A stretch of 64,000 nt of DNA, taken from assembly GCA_051362555.1 (NCBI GenBank), contig CM120645.1, positions 1,302,001 through 1,366,000 of the forward strand. Direction: 5' to 3'. This DNA comes from Lingula anatina (taxonomy: Eukaryota > Animalia > Brachiopoda). The notes beneath the pieces are model-generated. The model made no database searches. It was not told the DNA's origin and was given only the letters and a program-made list of their open reading frames with translations. Position numbers and translations under genes: made by a program. Every line of letters starts with the position of its first letter. Position 1 is the first letter of the stretch. Shown piece after piece: positions 38,801 through 51,864 of this stretch.

Positions 38801-39624
38801 GTAAAGGCATTGTCATGAACCCAGAATATTCTAAGCCCCTTCATCCTGGCGATATCCACTGGTATGTCAGATAGTTGGTTGTCAACCATGTCCAGCTCCT
38901 CTAGGTTAGTCAAGCCGCACAGTGCTATGGGGAATGTAGTGAAGTCATTTTCATGAAGCCAGAATAATCTAAGCCCCTTCATCCTTCTGATCGCCTTCGG
39001 TAAGTCAGATAGCTGGTTGAAAAACAGGTATAGCTTCTCTAAGTTAGTCAAGCGACATAGTTCTATTGGGAATGTAGTGAAGGCATTGTTATCGAGGAAT
39101 AATATTCTAAGCCCCTTTAACCTAGTGATATCCCCTGGTATGTCATATAGCTGATTGAAAGACAGGTGCAGCTCCTCTAGGTTAGTCAAGCCACATAGTA
39201 TTGTGGGGAATGTACTGAAGGCATTGCTATCGAGGAATAATATTCTAAGCCCCATTATCCTGTTGATATCCCCTGGTATGTCAGATAGCTGGTTGTCTGA
39301 CAGGTTCAGCTCCTCTAGGTTAGTCAAGCCACACAGTGCTATGGGGAATGTAGTGAAGGCATTGTGGGATAGGTCCAACACTGTGAGGTGTGGCAGGTTG
39401 GATATGGACTGTGGCAAAGAATGTAACATGTTACGTGATGCATTGATCTTCTTAACATTTCTGCACCTGTCAATGGACTCTGGTAGGTTGTCTATATCGG
39501 CAGAGTCTATATGAAGCTCAGTCCATTCCAGCACAGTGGCTCGGATCTTGGACTGTGGAGACGACTGCAGCCTATGTAAGAGATCAAGACTCTCTCTTCC
39601 TGCTGTTACTTGTCTGTAAGTCAT
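35847..39624 (-). CDS. ROCO protein copy 2, LRR-Roc-COR-CARD; exons 39624-36585 and 36136-35847; predicted 1109 aa
   Basis: Same domain motifs as copy 1 and near-colinear. Donor GAAG|gtaaac at 36585/36584 and acceptor ttttcag at 36137 join in frame to the CARD exon ending ...QSELASLLK*. Confidence 0.9.
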
Positions 39625-40469
39625 GTCTCAGAAATGGAGCACTTGGAAAAAGGCTCACTGCAATATCTTGTAGATGTGCAAAATGTTTTAAACTTCCTCC
39701 GTTACTGCAAATGCACGTCTTTTATTGTTCTTTTCTTTGTCTGAAATTGAAAAAGATAAAATTGGTAGTTTCAGTGATGATTTACCTAACCACCTCCTTT
39801 TTTGTTAACTCTCCCGAAAAGGAGCAGTTGTAAGCTCCAACCTATAAATAAGCATATCAGTTTCTACTGACCAGCCAGCACACTTCACATCAGCATCAAC
39901 AGCTCTGCAGTTGAGCGGTTCAGTGGCTCCTGACACAAGTGGCACTGAATCTCACCGGCCCTTGTCTCAGTGGCGCACCTGACAATCCACTACAAGAGCG
40001 GTCTACTTGACAGCAATCTCACCAGCAGCAGTTTTCAGTTTGTTTCTATTTTAGTCAGATTTTAAACTGTTTTTCCCTCACATTAAATTTATTATTTATT
40101 TTGTTGTATTATTCGATCCGTCTGCAACATTTGGTTTTCCAAGCCCAATTTCAACACCCAAGGGCACCGAAAAAAATTAAAAGCAGTAAGAACAGGAAGC
40201 CTCTCTTCTTTCACAAAACTCGTATTAAAAGCAAGACAGATGATTTAAGAAACAAAAAGCACCCAAAGACTATTTCAGATTACAGAAGTAGTGATTGCAT
40301 TTCAGACAGAATGCGAAAAGGCAAACAACACTTACATCAATAGCTTGGAAGACTACGATGCCATTGAAGCATCCCAGCTTTGGATCGTACACTAGAGGAT
40401 TTGAAAAGCTGGGTATCAGACCCCATCCTGACGGAAGTCAACAACAAGTTTCACTCCATTTCACGATTC

Positions 40470-41700
40470 TCAGGGGCCCACCCGGCAGCCCATAATGACA
40501 GCTGTCTCCAGGCAGCCATTCTCTCACCAGCCCTCATCTCAGGGGCCCACCCGGCAGCCCATTATAACAGCTGTCTCCTGGCAGCCATTCTCTCACCAGC
40601 CCTCATTTCATGGACACACCAGGCAGCCAATATTGACAGCCGTCTCCAGGCAGCCATTCTCTCACCAACCCTCATCTCAGGGGTGCAACTGGCAACCAAA
40701 ATGACAGCTGTCTCCAGGCAGACGTTCTCTCACCAGCCCTCAGTGGCAGCCCATAATAAAAGCTGTCTCTTGGCAGCTGTTCTCTCGCCAGCCCTCATCT
40801 CAGAGACGCACCCGGCAGCCCATAATGGCAGCAGCCTCCTGGCAGCCATTCTCTCACCAACCCTCATCTCAAGGGCGCACCCCGCAGCCCACAATGACAG
40901 CTCTTTCCTAACAGCCGTTCTCTCACCAGCCCTCATCTCATGGACACACCCCACAGCCCACAATGACAGCTCTTTCCTAACAGCCATTCTCTTACCAACC
41001 CTTATCTCAGGGGGCGCCCGGCAGCCCACAATGACAGCAGTCTCCTGGCAGCCATTTTGTCACCAGCCCTCATCTCAGTGGTGCGCCCGGCAGCCCACAA
41101 TGACAGCTGTCTCCAGGCAGCCATTCTCTCACCAACCCTCATCTCCGGGGTGCGCCCGGCAGCCCACAATGACAGCTGTCTCCAGGCAGCCGTTCTCTCA
41201 CCAACCCTCATCTCAGGGGCCCACCCGGCAGCCCATTATAACAGCAGTCTCCTGGCAGCCATTTTGTCACCAGCCCTCATCTCAGTGGTGCTCCCGGCAG
41301 CCCATAATGACAGCAGTGTCCAGGCAGCTGTTCTCTCACCAGCCCTCATTTCAGAGACACACCCGGCAGCCCACAGCCCACAATGACAGCAGTCTCCAGG
41401 CAGCTGTTCTCTCACCAGCCCTCATTTCAGGGGCACACCCGGCAGCCCACAGCCCACAATGACAGCAGACTCCAGGCAACTGTTCTCTCATCAGCCCTCA
41501 TTTCAGGGGCACACCCGACAGCCCACAGCCCACAATGACAGCAGTCTCCAGGCAACTGTTCTCTCACCAGCCCTCATTTCAGGGGCACACCCGGCAGCCC
41601 ACAGCCCACAATGACAGCAGTCTCCAGGCAGCTGTTCTCTCACCAGCCCTCTCTGAGGAGCGCACCCAGCAGCCCATGATGACAGCATTCTCCAGGTAGC
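40470..41700. repeat. Satellite of 69/76-bp units (roughly 17 units), paralog of 16695-19325
   Basis: Same consensus and same flanks (gag-like relic upstream, CTCTGCAG.CCAC.AC.ACAG.GGGCTCCAGGCACAG downstream). Confidence 0.95.
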
Positions 41701-43625
41701 CATCTCGTCGTACTCTGCAGCCCACGACTACAGTGGGCTCCAGGCACAGCAGTGGAAATGGGGTTTTTGTTGCCAAAATAAAATAATTGTATCACTATAT
41801 CTTACTTTGATGGTGACACACTGGAAATGTAATGTAAACATATTACACGTATTAAAATGATTTTTGTGACAGCAGTTCTTTTCACTTGACAAAAGACATG
41901 TGGACATTTAAACATACTTGTATTTCAAGTATTTTAATTTAATGTACATTTTTGTTCATTAGGCATTATCTCTATTACTTTGTGCAGATTTAATGTGCAT
42001 TTGGACAAAACGCAAGATATCTGAAAAAAAAAAAAGATTAGACTGATAAAAAGTTGGAAGGATGGGGTACATAAATGAAATTGTCTTAAAAATTTTCTCC
42101 GATGAATGTTATATATTAAAATCATTTCATATGCATCACAAAAGTATGTGATCAGAATTTGGGGTGGTTAGCAAATAATTTATACTTTGAGCAAATTAAT
42201 GAACTAATTAAAATGTATATAATCTGAAAGTTTACATATAATGACATTTAGGCTATATATCAGTTTGTAAATGATATACCTTCAGTCTGTTAGTTCTGGA
42301 TATCTATTAAGATAGTTGATGCTAGATACCAGCTATTACCAACATTTCTGAAGGTCTTAGGTACCTGAAATTTGAAACAGTATATACTTTAAGACAAACA
42401 TGGCTTTATCAATTTTGAAGGTAGAAACCAAATAATTTCCCATTGATGGAAGCACTATGAAAAGCCTGCAAAACTGCATGAACAAAATAATTTGATAAAA
42501 CATTTCTTATCCCCATGGACAGCATACGCACTGACATAACTCCTTAAGGCATAAAAATATACTGTTGAAAAGCTACTTTTCTTACCAACAGTAATTGAAA
42601 ATGTTCACCCCTTACCCTCTACCAGGGCCACAGATTGAATTTTTACATGATATTCACATATATGTGTTTAGATAAATAGACGGTCATTTAGCTATCTCTT
42701 TAGATAAATAGAAGGTCATAGTTGGCACCAAAATTAATCCTAGCAGTACACAACAAATGTGAGGAACAAATTGGAAAAAAATTCTCACAGCATTACATTC
42801 TTAGTACAATCAAGAGCATTCAATTTGTTCTTGTTACAATTCACGCCATGTTGTTGGGATTTTTGAATTTGTCAAAACGTTGCTTTTGCCTGGTGGTCTT
42901 GAAGTTGTGAAAATAATAGCGATTTGAGAAAAATTGATTTCTATAAAGTTTTCTTTGACAGAATGCATCCTGCCCCAGTCTCAATATAGTATGTATCAGG
43001 AAGAAAACCAGCCCGTTTCAAAATAATAATAATAATAACAATAGATTCTATAGAAATTAAACACATACTTTTAGGAGAAACACGTTTTCAAAAATAGTTT
43101 AGACAACTATGATAATTTGAAATCCAAGCACTACTTCTGTCATACATTTAACAAGAGTCGCATTAAATAGATCAAATCAGGAATTCCTTTTGAAAATTTC
43201 CTACAGGATCCTGCATTCCAATATGTAATAGGGGAATTTTATAGGAGCCCACAGGGAATGTTTTCTGTAGGAAAGGATCGACTCCTAAGGTATTGGAAAG
43301 ACACCAAACAGCAAACAGAAAAAAAAAAATCAAAACATTTACCAAAAAAAAAAAGTAAATCGGAAAATTCATACTCTGCCAATTTTTGCAAGGAACATAA
43401 AAAGACTACCAAATAAAAAAAAAAACGGTTTGTCAGCTATAGGAGTGTTTAACACAACCACAACAAAGACAGATGCTGCAGTGATTAGACAAAATCCCCC
43501 TTTAACTATAAACGTTTATATTAACAATGTGCAGTCAGTCCAAGTATTTGGAATGAAGATTTTTAAGTGATATGTATCAAAAGATGCAAGTTGTCTTTTA
43601 TTTTACATGTAAACCTATCCATGCC

Positions 43626-43628
<3 letters not shown>

Positions 43629-43705
<77 letters not shown>
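43629..43705. repeat. (AT)n microsatellite
   Basis: Direct reading. Confidence 0.95.
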
Positions 43706-43714
<9 letters not shown>

Positions 43715-46700
43715 TTTAAAGATTATCCCGCTAAACTTTAATAAAAATGTTTTTTTCAGATCTGTCAGCCAATAACAAACCATTGCCTCAAATGAAATAC
43801 GTACAAATGTGTCATACAGACCAATGAATTGTTTAATTTAGATTTTTGAGGCTTTTATGAAACAAGGCAGCAAAGCTGTCAAATGTACAGACAGAAAGCA
43901 GAAAATAATAATGCACAAAATTGAATACTGTCAATTCTTATGCATTCATACATTAAGCTTAAATGCAAAGTCAACATTTAATTTTCATTATGCACAACAG
44001 GTAACACCGATGAAAGTAAAAGCATAAGGCTTCAGGCCCATTGGAGTACAAATTCACACTTAGAAAATGCCAGAATGAGAAAACTGAAAATTTCACAAAA
44101 CCAGAGGATCAGAGAGGCGATGCTGCCTCCGGGCATTGTATCACCAGCTGGAGTAAGAACATTCGTATGGAAAAGCAAAAAAAAAACACCACCTCCAGTG
44201 TTGTGCTTGACAAGCTCTACAAAATGCAGTAAACAAGAGTTCTCAATATTTTGGTGAAAATTACCATTACAACAAAACCACGGGGAAGTAAATGTTCAAA
44301 TTTAAATGGGCATATCTCTGCCAGTTTTGGAGATATAAGGGACATGGTGAATAATAGGTCAAACGTCAATTTAATAAGGTCACAGTTATTAGTATATGAC
44401 TTACTATTCAAGTTCAATAGTAAATATGGAAGTATCTCTGTCAGTTTTGGAGAAATAAGAGATAGAAACTGCAAAGTTCACTTCAAAGTAAAAAAGTTGG
44501 TAAAAGGTCAATTTCAAGGTCACAGTTAGATTGCCAGTATATGCCTTTCATTCAAGTTCAATATTAACTGTGGGCCTATCTCTGCCAGTTTTGGAGATAT
44601 AAGGGATTAAAATGGGTGCATCATTGCTAATTTTGGAGTTATAGTAATGTGCCATACATTTCGTAGAGAAGAAATTAATTGAAATAACAAAAAACAGGGT
44701 TCTTGAATTGGATAGATTTTTCAGTATCGGCGTCTTGTGCACTGGGCTTCATGCCCGTGGGAGTTCCAAGTCCCACACTGAAAATGCCAATATGGGAAAG
44801 ATAACAGTTTCACAAAAATGTACATCAGAAAAAGAAGCCAATTACTGTTTTTCCAACTCAGGCTGTACTTTAGTCCTGGGTTTCTTTCATGTAAGTTTCA
44901 GAGGACTAAGTGACATGGATTTTCTCTAATGGTCACTAGGGAGCCAGTGCCCAAAATACGGGTTTCTTCAATTTTGACGCAATATTGCATAATACTTAAC
45001 TGCATAATGACCATCAATTTTTAATAATAAAATAAAATTATCATGGATAACCAGAAAATGTGACTAGCAAAGGTCTTCATAGCCCATGTAATTTCAAAGT
45101 CACACCTTGAAAAGGTCAATATGTGAGAATTTTAATTCTAACAAAAACTAATAATTGCCGGACAAGTAGGCCAATGAAACAAAATTTTCAGTTCAAGCTG
45201 TATTTTAGTCCTTTGCTACTTTCCTGTAAGTTTGATAGGAGTAAGTGACATGGTTTTCCTCTAATGTTCACTATGGAGGCAGTGCCCAAAATAGGGGTTT
45301 CTTCATTTTTGATGCAATATTACAAGAGGAAAGAAAAAAGAGAAAAAGAGCAGCTAAAAGTTGTACTTCTATCTTTGATTTCATCTTTACCCCGGAAAAG
45401 GAGAAAAATGGAAAGTGGTGAGGTTTTAAAATTTTAGTTTATTTGCAATAACATTATATGTTTCTCAAATCTTGAAGTTATCTATGAGATTTTGTCACAT
45501 TAATTGTGTTAGATGTAGCTATATTAAATTGTTATGATGCAACACTGAAAGTGAATTGGTAAATTTGGTTCTAGCTTTGAAATTCCTGGCTACGGGCCTG
45601 GTTTAAGAGGTGTTGATACAATGGCCTTTCGAGTTTTATACTAATAAACTTGACGAGACGATACAGTGTATAATTTTGTAGCGTTTTATACACCAAATGA
45701 ATATCCATTATTTCATTGAGTATTCTCTTAAGAGTAGTATAATGTGTAGTTAAATATTTTTATGATCCCTTGAAATGAATTTTTACGCAGGAGAATTAAA
45801 TCCTATTCTTTTTATGTTTGATTCTTTTTATGTTTGTTGAATTATTTTATTTTGGAACTGATTTCACAGCTGATTTTTAAAATCAAATCTCTCTATGTAT
45901 GAATGTACAAGCAATCATTTTTATCGTTTGCAAGTAGTCTTAAAGTAGTCTTTTTTTCTCTTTACCGTAACCTTTTTCAGACTTCAAGAAATCCCTAGCT
46001 CTATGTAGAATTTCGTATTTGTAAGTTCTGTCCCTGCATCTGTTTGAAGAATCAAGGGTTTGGCAACCTTTGGATACAATGTTTTTTTGACGGCCTATGG
46101 CGCAATCTGTTCTTTTCGATAGTATCAACGGCCCATGAATATTCTGAAAATAGCACCCATCACCTATGAAAAGAATTGTTGAAAGCAGAGTGCATTAAAC
46201 CGATTTTAATATAAAGCATCAAAGCAAAGGTTTCTGACGAAAGTGCATTTATTTATGACACAAGCGGTTACAAGTATATAGCTATGATCGAACTTCTATA
46301 AAATAAAACACTTTGTTGTTTATTTTAAGGTACTTGACCGCGTCACAATATAAACGTTTGATAAGCCAGCTGACGTTCCCCCAAAGCCTAAGGTGTGATT
46401 ATTTGACTATCCGACATGCAGCTCTGTGAGTGACTTCACTTGGCAAATATTTGATAATCCTTAACACTTGCAAATCCGCTATTTAAACATTAGATAAGAC
46501 CGCAGACACGCAACACCTATGCACCTTACGCCTCTTTGCTCCTCTATAAAATTATATATGACGCCTTCAAAAAGCCCTTAAAGTTAAGCCTTGTGGGCAG
46601 CTAAGATTAAACCTCAATTCTGCTCATAAGTTACTGGCGAGAAGCAAAATGGTCGCGTACAAAACGTCATTGTAAACATAGACTTTTGAATTGTGCCAAA

Positions 46701-47594
46701 TGTAGGTTTAGGGTTTTTCTTTATCTGCTCCTGTTTTTTCATAGTTTGGCATTCATTTTTGAACGTGTAAATTTTTTTCAAATGTGCGATGGCCTGTAAC
46801 TTGTAGATTTTCAATATTCCAACAAGCTGTATATTCACCGTCCCGGGTACCTATCATTTAGTTGATCGAGTGATGGCAGTGGCGTTCTGTTCTCATGTGT
46901 GGAATGAATGTCACAGTTAGTGGTGTATGTACTGTATATGGTGATGTACCCGTTACTTGTTTGCGGGAAGGGGGGGGCATTAGTACTAGTATTTGTGAAA
47001 TATAAAGCATTGTAAACTAACCATAGACATATATAAAAAGATGTATGAATCTTAAATTTTGGCTTCAAACGTTTATTTTTTGTCCGGGGGGGGGGGGGGA
47101 GCTGCAAATGTATTGTGTTAATTTTGAAACAAAAAGTGTAACCCCAATATAGGTTTTATTGCATTGGTTGGGGGGTTTTGAGTGGAAGAGTGTCATAAAA
47201 ATGCCAGTATAAATGTAACACAGATGAATAATATGTATGTGTAGTTTTGTGTGTCTTGTCAATAAGTGTTAGGCAAGAATCATTTTAAGGAACAGTTGGT
47301 TTTGACCATTGCGAAATTGTTTTTGTTAACCCAGTGGATTGGTCAGCAAAACTTTGGTTTATAGTCTGGTTAGGGGAACTGATCTTAATTAATGCTCTTG
47401 AGGATCCGCAGCATGCGGTTTGGTCCATTATACCTCTTTTTTTTCATTTGTGTGTTGCAAATTCAAACATGGGAAAAAATTTGGAGGTACTTCATTTACC
47501 AGAAATCTACAGTTTGAACACCAGTCGATGCTTACATGTGATTAATTTCTCTTTCTCTCTCTTCCTCAGTAAATATTTACATATGATTCATTGC

Positions 47595-47766
47595 CCTTCC
47601 TCTCTCTTGCTCTCTTTTACACACACACGCGCGCGCGCGCACACGCACAGTTTATGACTTTTTACAAGTTCTCTCTCTCTCTTTCTTGTCTCTCTCTCTC
47701 TCTCTCTCTCTCTCAAAAACACACACACAGTTTACGACTATTTACAAATTCTCTCTCGCTCTTTCC

Positions 47767-47806
<40 letters not shown>
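47595..47806. repeat. Compound (CT)n/(CA)n/(CG)n microsatellite region
   Basis: Direct reading. Confidence 0.9.
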
Positions 47807-47809
<3 letters not shown>

Positions 47810-48193
47810 GCAAATGCATGCTTTTAAGTTTGTGTCTTTGAATTTTTTATGTGGTTCGTTTTCCCCTAATAATCCCGAAGAAAACGTCGTGCAATACTGA
47901 AAGTTCCTGAAATCGTGTACGGTTGAAATTTGCGACAGACTTGTTAATAAGAAAAAAACTGCACCCTCATTTTTGTTTGGGCCTTTTTCAAAGGGACAGT
48001 TACTTAATCTGTCAGTTTGTTTGTTGAAACTTGACATTTTTCATTCTTTTAATAATCTTTTGCATAAATCTGTCGAATTTAATGATATGCGTATACATTC
48101 ACCCTTTTTATGTTTCATTGCTTCAGCCGATGCAATGAGATTAACTTAGCTTTGATTGCACAGGGTTTGGGCCAACATGATGAAACTTTTTCC

Positions 48194-48196
<3 letters not shown>

Positions 48197-48279
<83 letters not shown>
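48197..48279. repeat. (AT)n microsatellite
   Basis: Direct reading. Confidence 0.95.
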
Positions 48280-48286
<7 letters not shown>

Positions 48287-50171
48287 TTGCCCGTATATTA
48301 TCTGGACTTTAACCTAACGATATAACCACCCCATAATCGAGACAAAGGGATTGAGTTCAAATAATATGAAGAGTAACCAGTAAACTTGTGATACCATTGT
48401 TTTATTGATATTTGTATATCATATAACTTAATTTGCAGGACTATATCAAATAACTTATCCAAGTTTAACTCGGGGAGAGAGATAGCGAGGGGGGCTACAT
48501 GATGACCTTCACGTGCACGTGCAGGAATCCACCCTTGTGTGTTTAATGATAGTCCGATGTCTGGCACATTTCCTGAATAGGGTGCCGCTTTTGAAGATTT
48601 CGTCGAACCTAATACAAGGAGTTCTCAGTATTTATAGTTAGGGGTCCCCTTATGTCCTTTAATCTCATATATTTAGTTGTAGCAAGGAGGCGTATACACG
48701 TACCTCCTTGGTTTTAGTCCACAAGCGTGGATGGCCTGTCTTGAAACTTATATTTTAAATAGAATGACGGCGTCACGTGTTTATTTTTCTGTCCTCATTA
48801 TTGTAGGAAGTAATGTCCGTCTCCTGTAGTAATTAGTAAGCCAAGACAATCTAAATTATTAATATCAATGTAGTTTGGAGCTTTGGGCTAGAGAAATAAT
48901 TTTTTAATTTTGAATCACGCTTGCTGATTAGTCCACAACACAAACATTATATTACCCATTATTAGAAATCCTTGAAAAGTTGGTGAGCTGCATTATTATT
49001 ATCATTTATTGTTAATTAATTAATTAATTTTTTGAAGGGAGGGGGTCATGTTTTAGGGTGTAAGGCTAGAATATCTTTATTTTCCGTGTGCCTATCACTT
49101 AAGAGTGACACTTATGCAGAACGTGCATAATGATTTGACTGTAGCAAGCCGATTTAACTAGGTCCTAGGACCATGCTTTTATAACAGAGCTGTAAACATG
49201 AAAATGGTTGTGTATTTTTTGCAAGCCTGTGAAATAAGCCTGTGATTCTTACAGAAAATTACAAAAATAAAGTTGAGATAAATGAAAGGAGTTAGTTTAG
49301 ATATATATAATATGTGTATATTATATATTATCATGCCAGCCAAACCCTGAATGCCTTCATTCATATTCTTATGTAATAGATTTTAAATATTTCAAACAGT
49401 GTATTTGCCATATGGTATTTAAATATTCCAATAAAGTATCTATTTTTTTACATTTATAACTACAAAACCCTAAACTTAAAGGAGGTCAGAAATGTTTAGC
49501 AGAAGGATAAAAATTGATTAAAGTGCTATAGCCTGAATCCCACCGAGACATATTTTCTTTGTTCATCATAAAAAGAAAATGTTTTTACTAGCCTTACACG
49601 ATGAATAATACATATAAAACATCGATATTTTCTGTGACAAAGTAAATAGTTTATGGTAAATGCTTTGGGTTAGATTGCAGGCGACGTTGATATTGCCTGT
49701 GTTAGTAGCGGTGGTTACAAAATATGATTGATTTATTAATTTGCTGTTTATGCTATGCTCTCTCATTATAATGTACGTGAATTTATATTGCTCGATTGTA
49801 AAGATGGATTCATTCATTTTTGACGTCCTTATGCCTTTAGTTGTCGATTGCGAGATATTTTTAGTCTGCTTTCAATTATAGAGTATCATTTTCGCCAGCA
49901 CACTCAACTCTTATGATTATGGATGCAAAGTGTAAGATTTCCCCGCCCAAAACTCATCCTTTAAGATCTACTGTACCAGTTGTACGCGTATGAAAATTAC
50001 CCAAAGTAATGTTTTCGATGTCTACATTCCCTGCAAAGCTTTTATTCTTCCCCATATCCGACATTAAAAACTATAAATCCCTCGAATATATTAAACCTTT
50101 AAAACTATACCCCTCATATCAAATAGCAGGGTCTTCAAAATTGTACAGAAAGACGTGGCGTTCTAAATGAA

Positions 50172-51815
50172 TGGCCAGCCATTTCAAACTAAATCATAAC
50201 ATCTACAATAGAATAAAACATCGAATCCGAGTGCGAATCGAATCCATTTTGGTGGGTAGATCCCGTAAAGAGAACCTTGAACTAATTTCAACAGACCAGG
50301 TGTTTTTCCCCGAATATTTAACCGTTGATCCCTCTTTTTTGACATTTTAAACTCTGTAACAATCTGAATATAATTTAGAAGTCTTTCGAGCTCTGCCATT
50401 GAGTTGAATGCCATCCCAAACTGTGTCAAGATGGTTGACATGTGGCGAGGTTCGTCAGGTGGTGAAAAAAAAATTGATCATTTTTAGGTGATATTAATTC
50501 TTGGCATTTATCTGAAGAAATATCGAAACTGATATGTCTAGCAGTAAGCAGATTAGGCATTTAATGTGCATTTAAAATCTTTCACTTTGATCTGTCACTA
50601 TTTTAGTGATGCATAAACCTCATTGCTCTTTTTGGAAGTCGAGTTTCATTTCACGTTAACAAGAATATCGCAAGATTGATAAGGTGTGTTTTGTCAAGAT
50701 TAATCCGAATAATGACAAAGCTACAGTAAACTGGATACCAAGCAAACAGAAAGTAATCATTACACCACTTTTATGAATATAGTGAGAAACTAGTAAAAAT
50801 TGTGACATCCATCACTGACCAGGGGCGGATCTAGGGTCATTTCAAGGGGGGCTGGGGTTCGGGGCTCGGGGGTCGCTTAAGGGCCCCGAAAAAAAATTGT
50901 ATTTTAGAGGACAAACGGTGCCATTTGGTGCGGTATGATTCAGCTAGTCAAAATATTAACTTCAAGCGGGGACCCCCCTGATCCCTTCCCCATCTAAAGC
51001 CGCCACTGCATTTTTGGTGATTTTACTGGAACTGTATAGGAGCATGTTTTTAATTTTGTATGTACCATCCGATAAGAATATTCTGGTTTTTAGAAATTAT
51101 GACCTTGAAAATACTGAATACAATATTCGTAAAAAATCACAATTTTTTCCCTTTTGAAAAGATTAAGTACATGTAATTATTGTTTAATGGGAAGATGTAG
51201 ATCATCTGTAAAACTCATCTTGTTAAATTTATAATTATTGTACAATAAATGAAACAGGACCTTCAATGGTAAGGGCATGATAGTGGGGAACATCACAGAT
51301 TGTGGTGCTTTGACTTGCATGCGTTTTCTAACATATTCAGGCCTTGATTCAAAATGGGGTTTTAATTGATGATGGGTGTGCATGTTTGCCAAAAGTTCAA
51401 TTCCAGATTAACTTTTTTATCAATACTGTTATGAATAAAAGTGCGAATATTCAGTTTAAGGTAAAGATTGATTGTAAATAGTGCTGTTTAAGATATATTG
51501 CTACAGTTTACCTATTACAATTTATCATTATTAATTTCAGTGTGTGAGCATATGATAAATGTGGTTCATTTTTTTAAATGATGTTCTATTGAAAACTTCA
51601 TTAATTTTTTTCTAGGCTTGAATAGCATGAATGGCCCCAGGATTAATTATTTTGCCGGGATGAAAAAATATATTCTTGAGGTGTGCTGTTGCTAATATTA
51701 ATAGTTATTGGCTATCAGTATATACTGGTAGAATTGCAGTTTGTGAAATCATTTTAGGTTCTAACCACATAAAGTTAATTAAAAGTGTAAAGTATATGCA
51801 ATTAAACAATACATT

Positions 51816-51864
<49 letters not shown>

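Noticed and set aside
40380-41462. 360-aa ORF as a bona fide gene
   Set aside because: Arises from stop-poor satellite frames, switches repeat frame midway, and is not open in the paralogous array.
17100-41620. RSS-like heptamers (CACAATG in the satellite, CACAGTG in LRR framework) suggesting RAG-type rearrangement
   Set aside because: No ACAAAAACC-like nonamer at 12/23-bp spacing was seen. CACAGTG is simply the antisense of the Ala-Leu-Cys codons.
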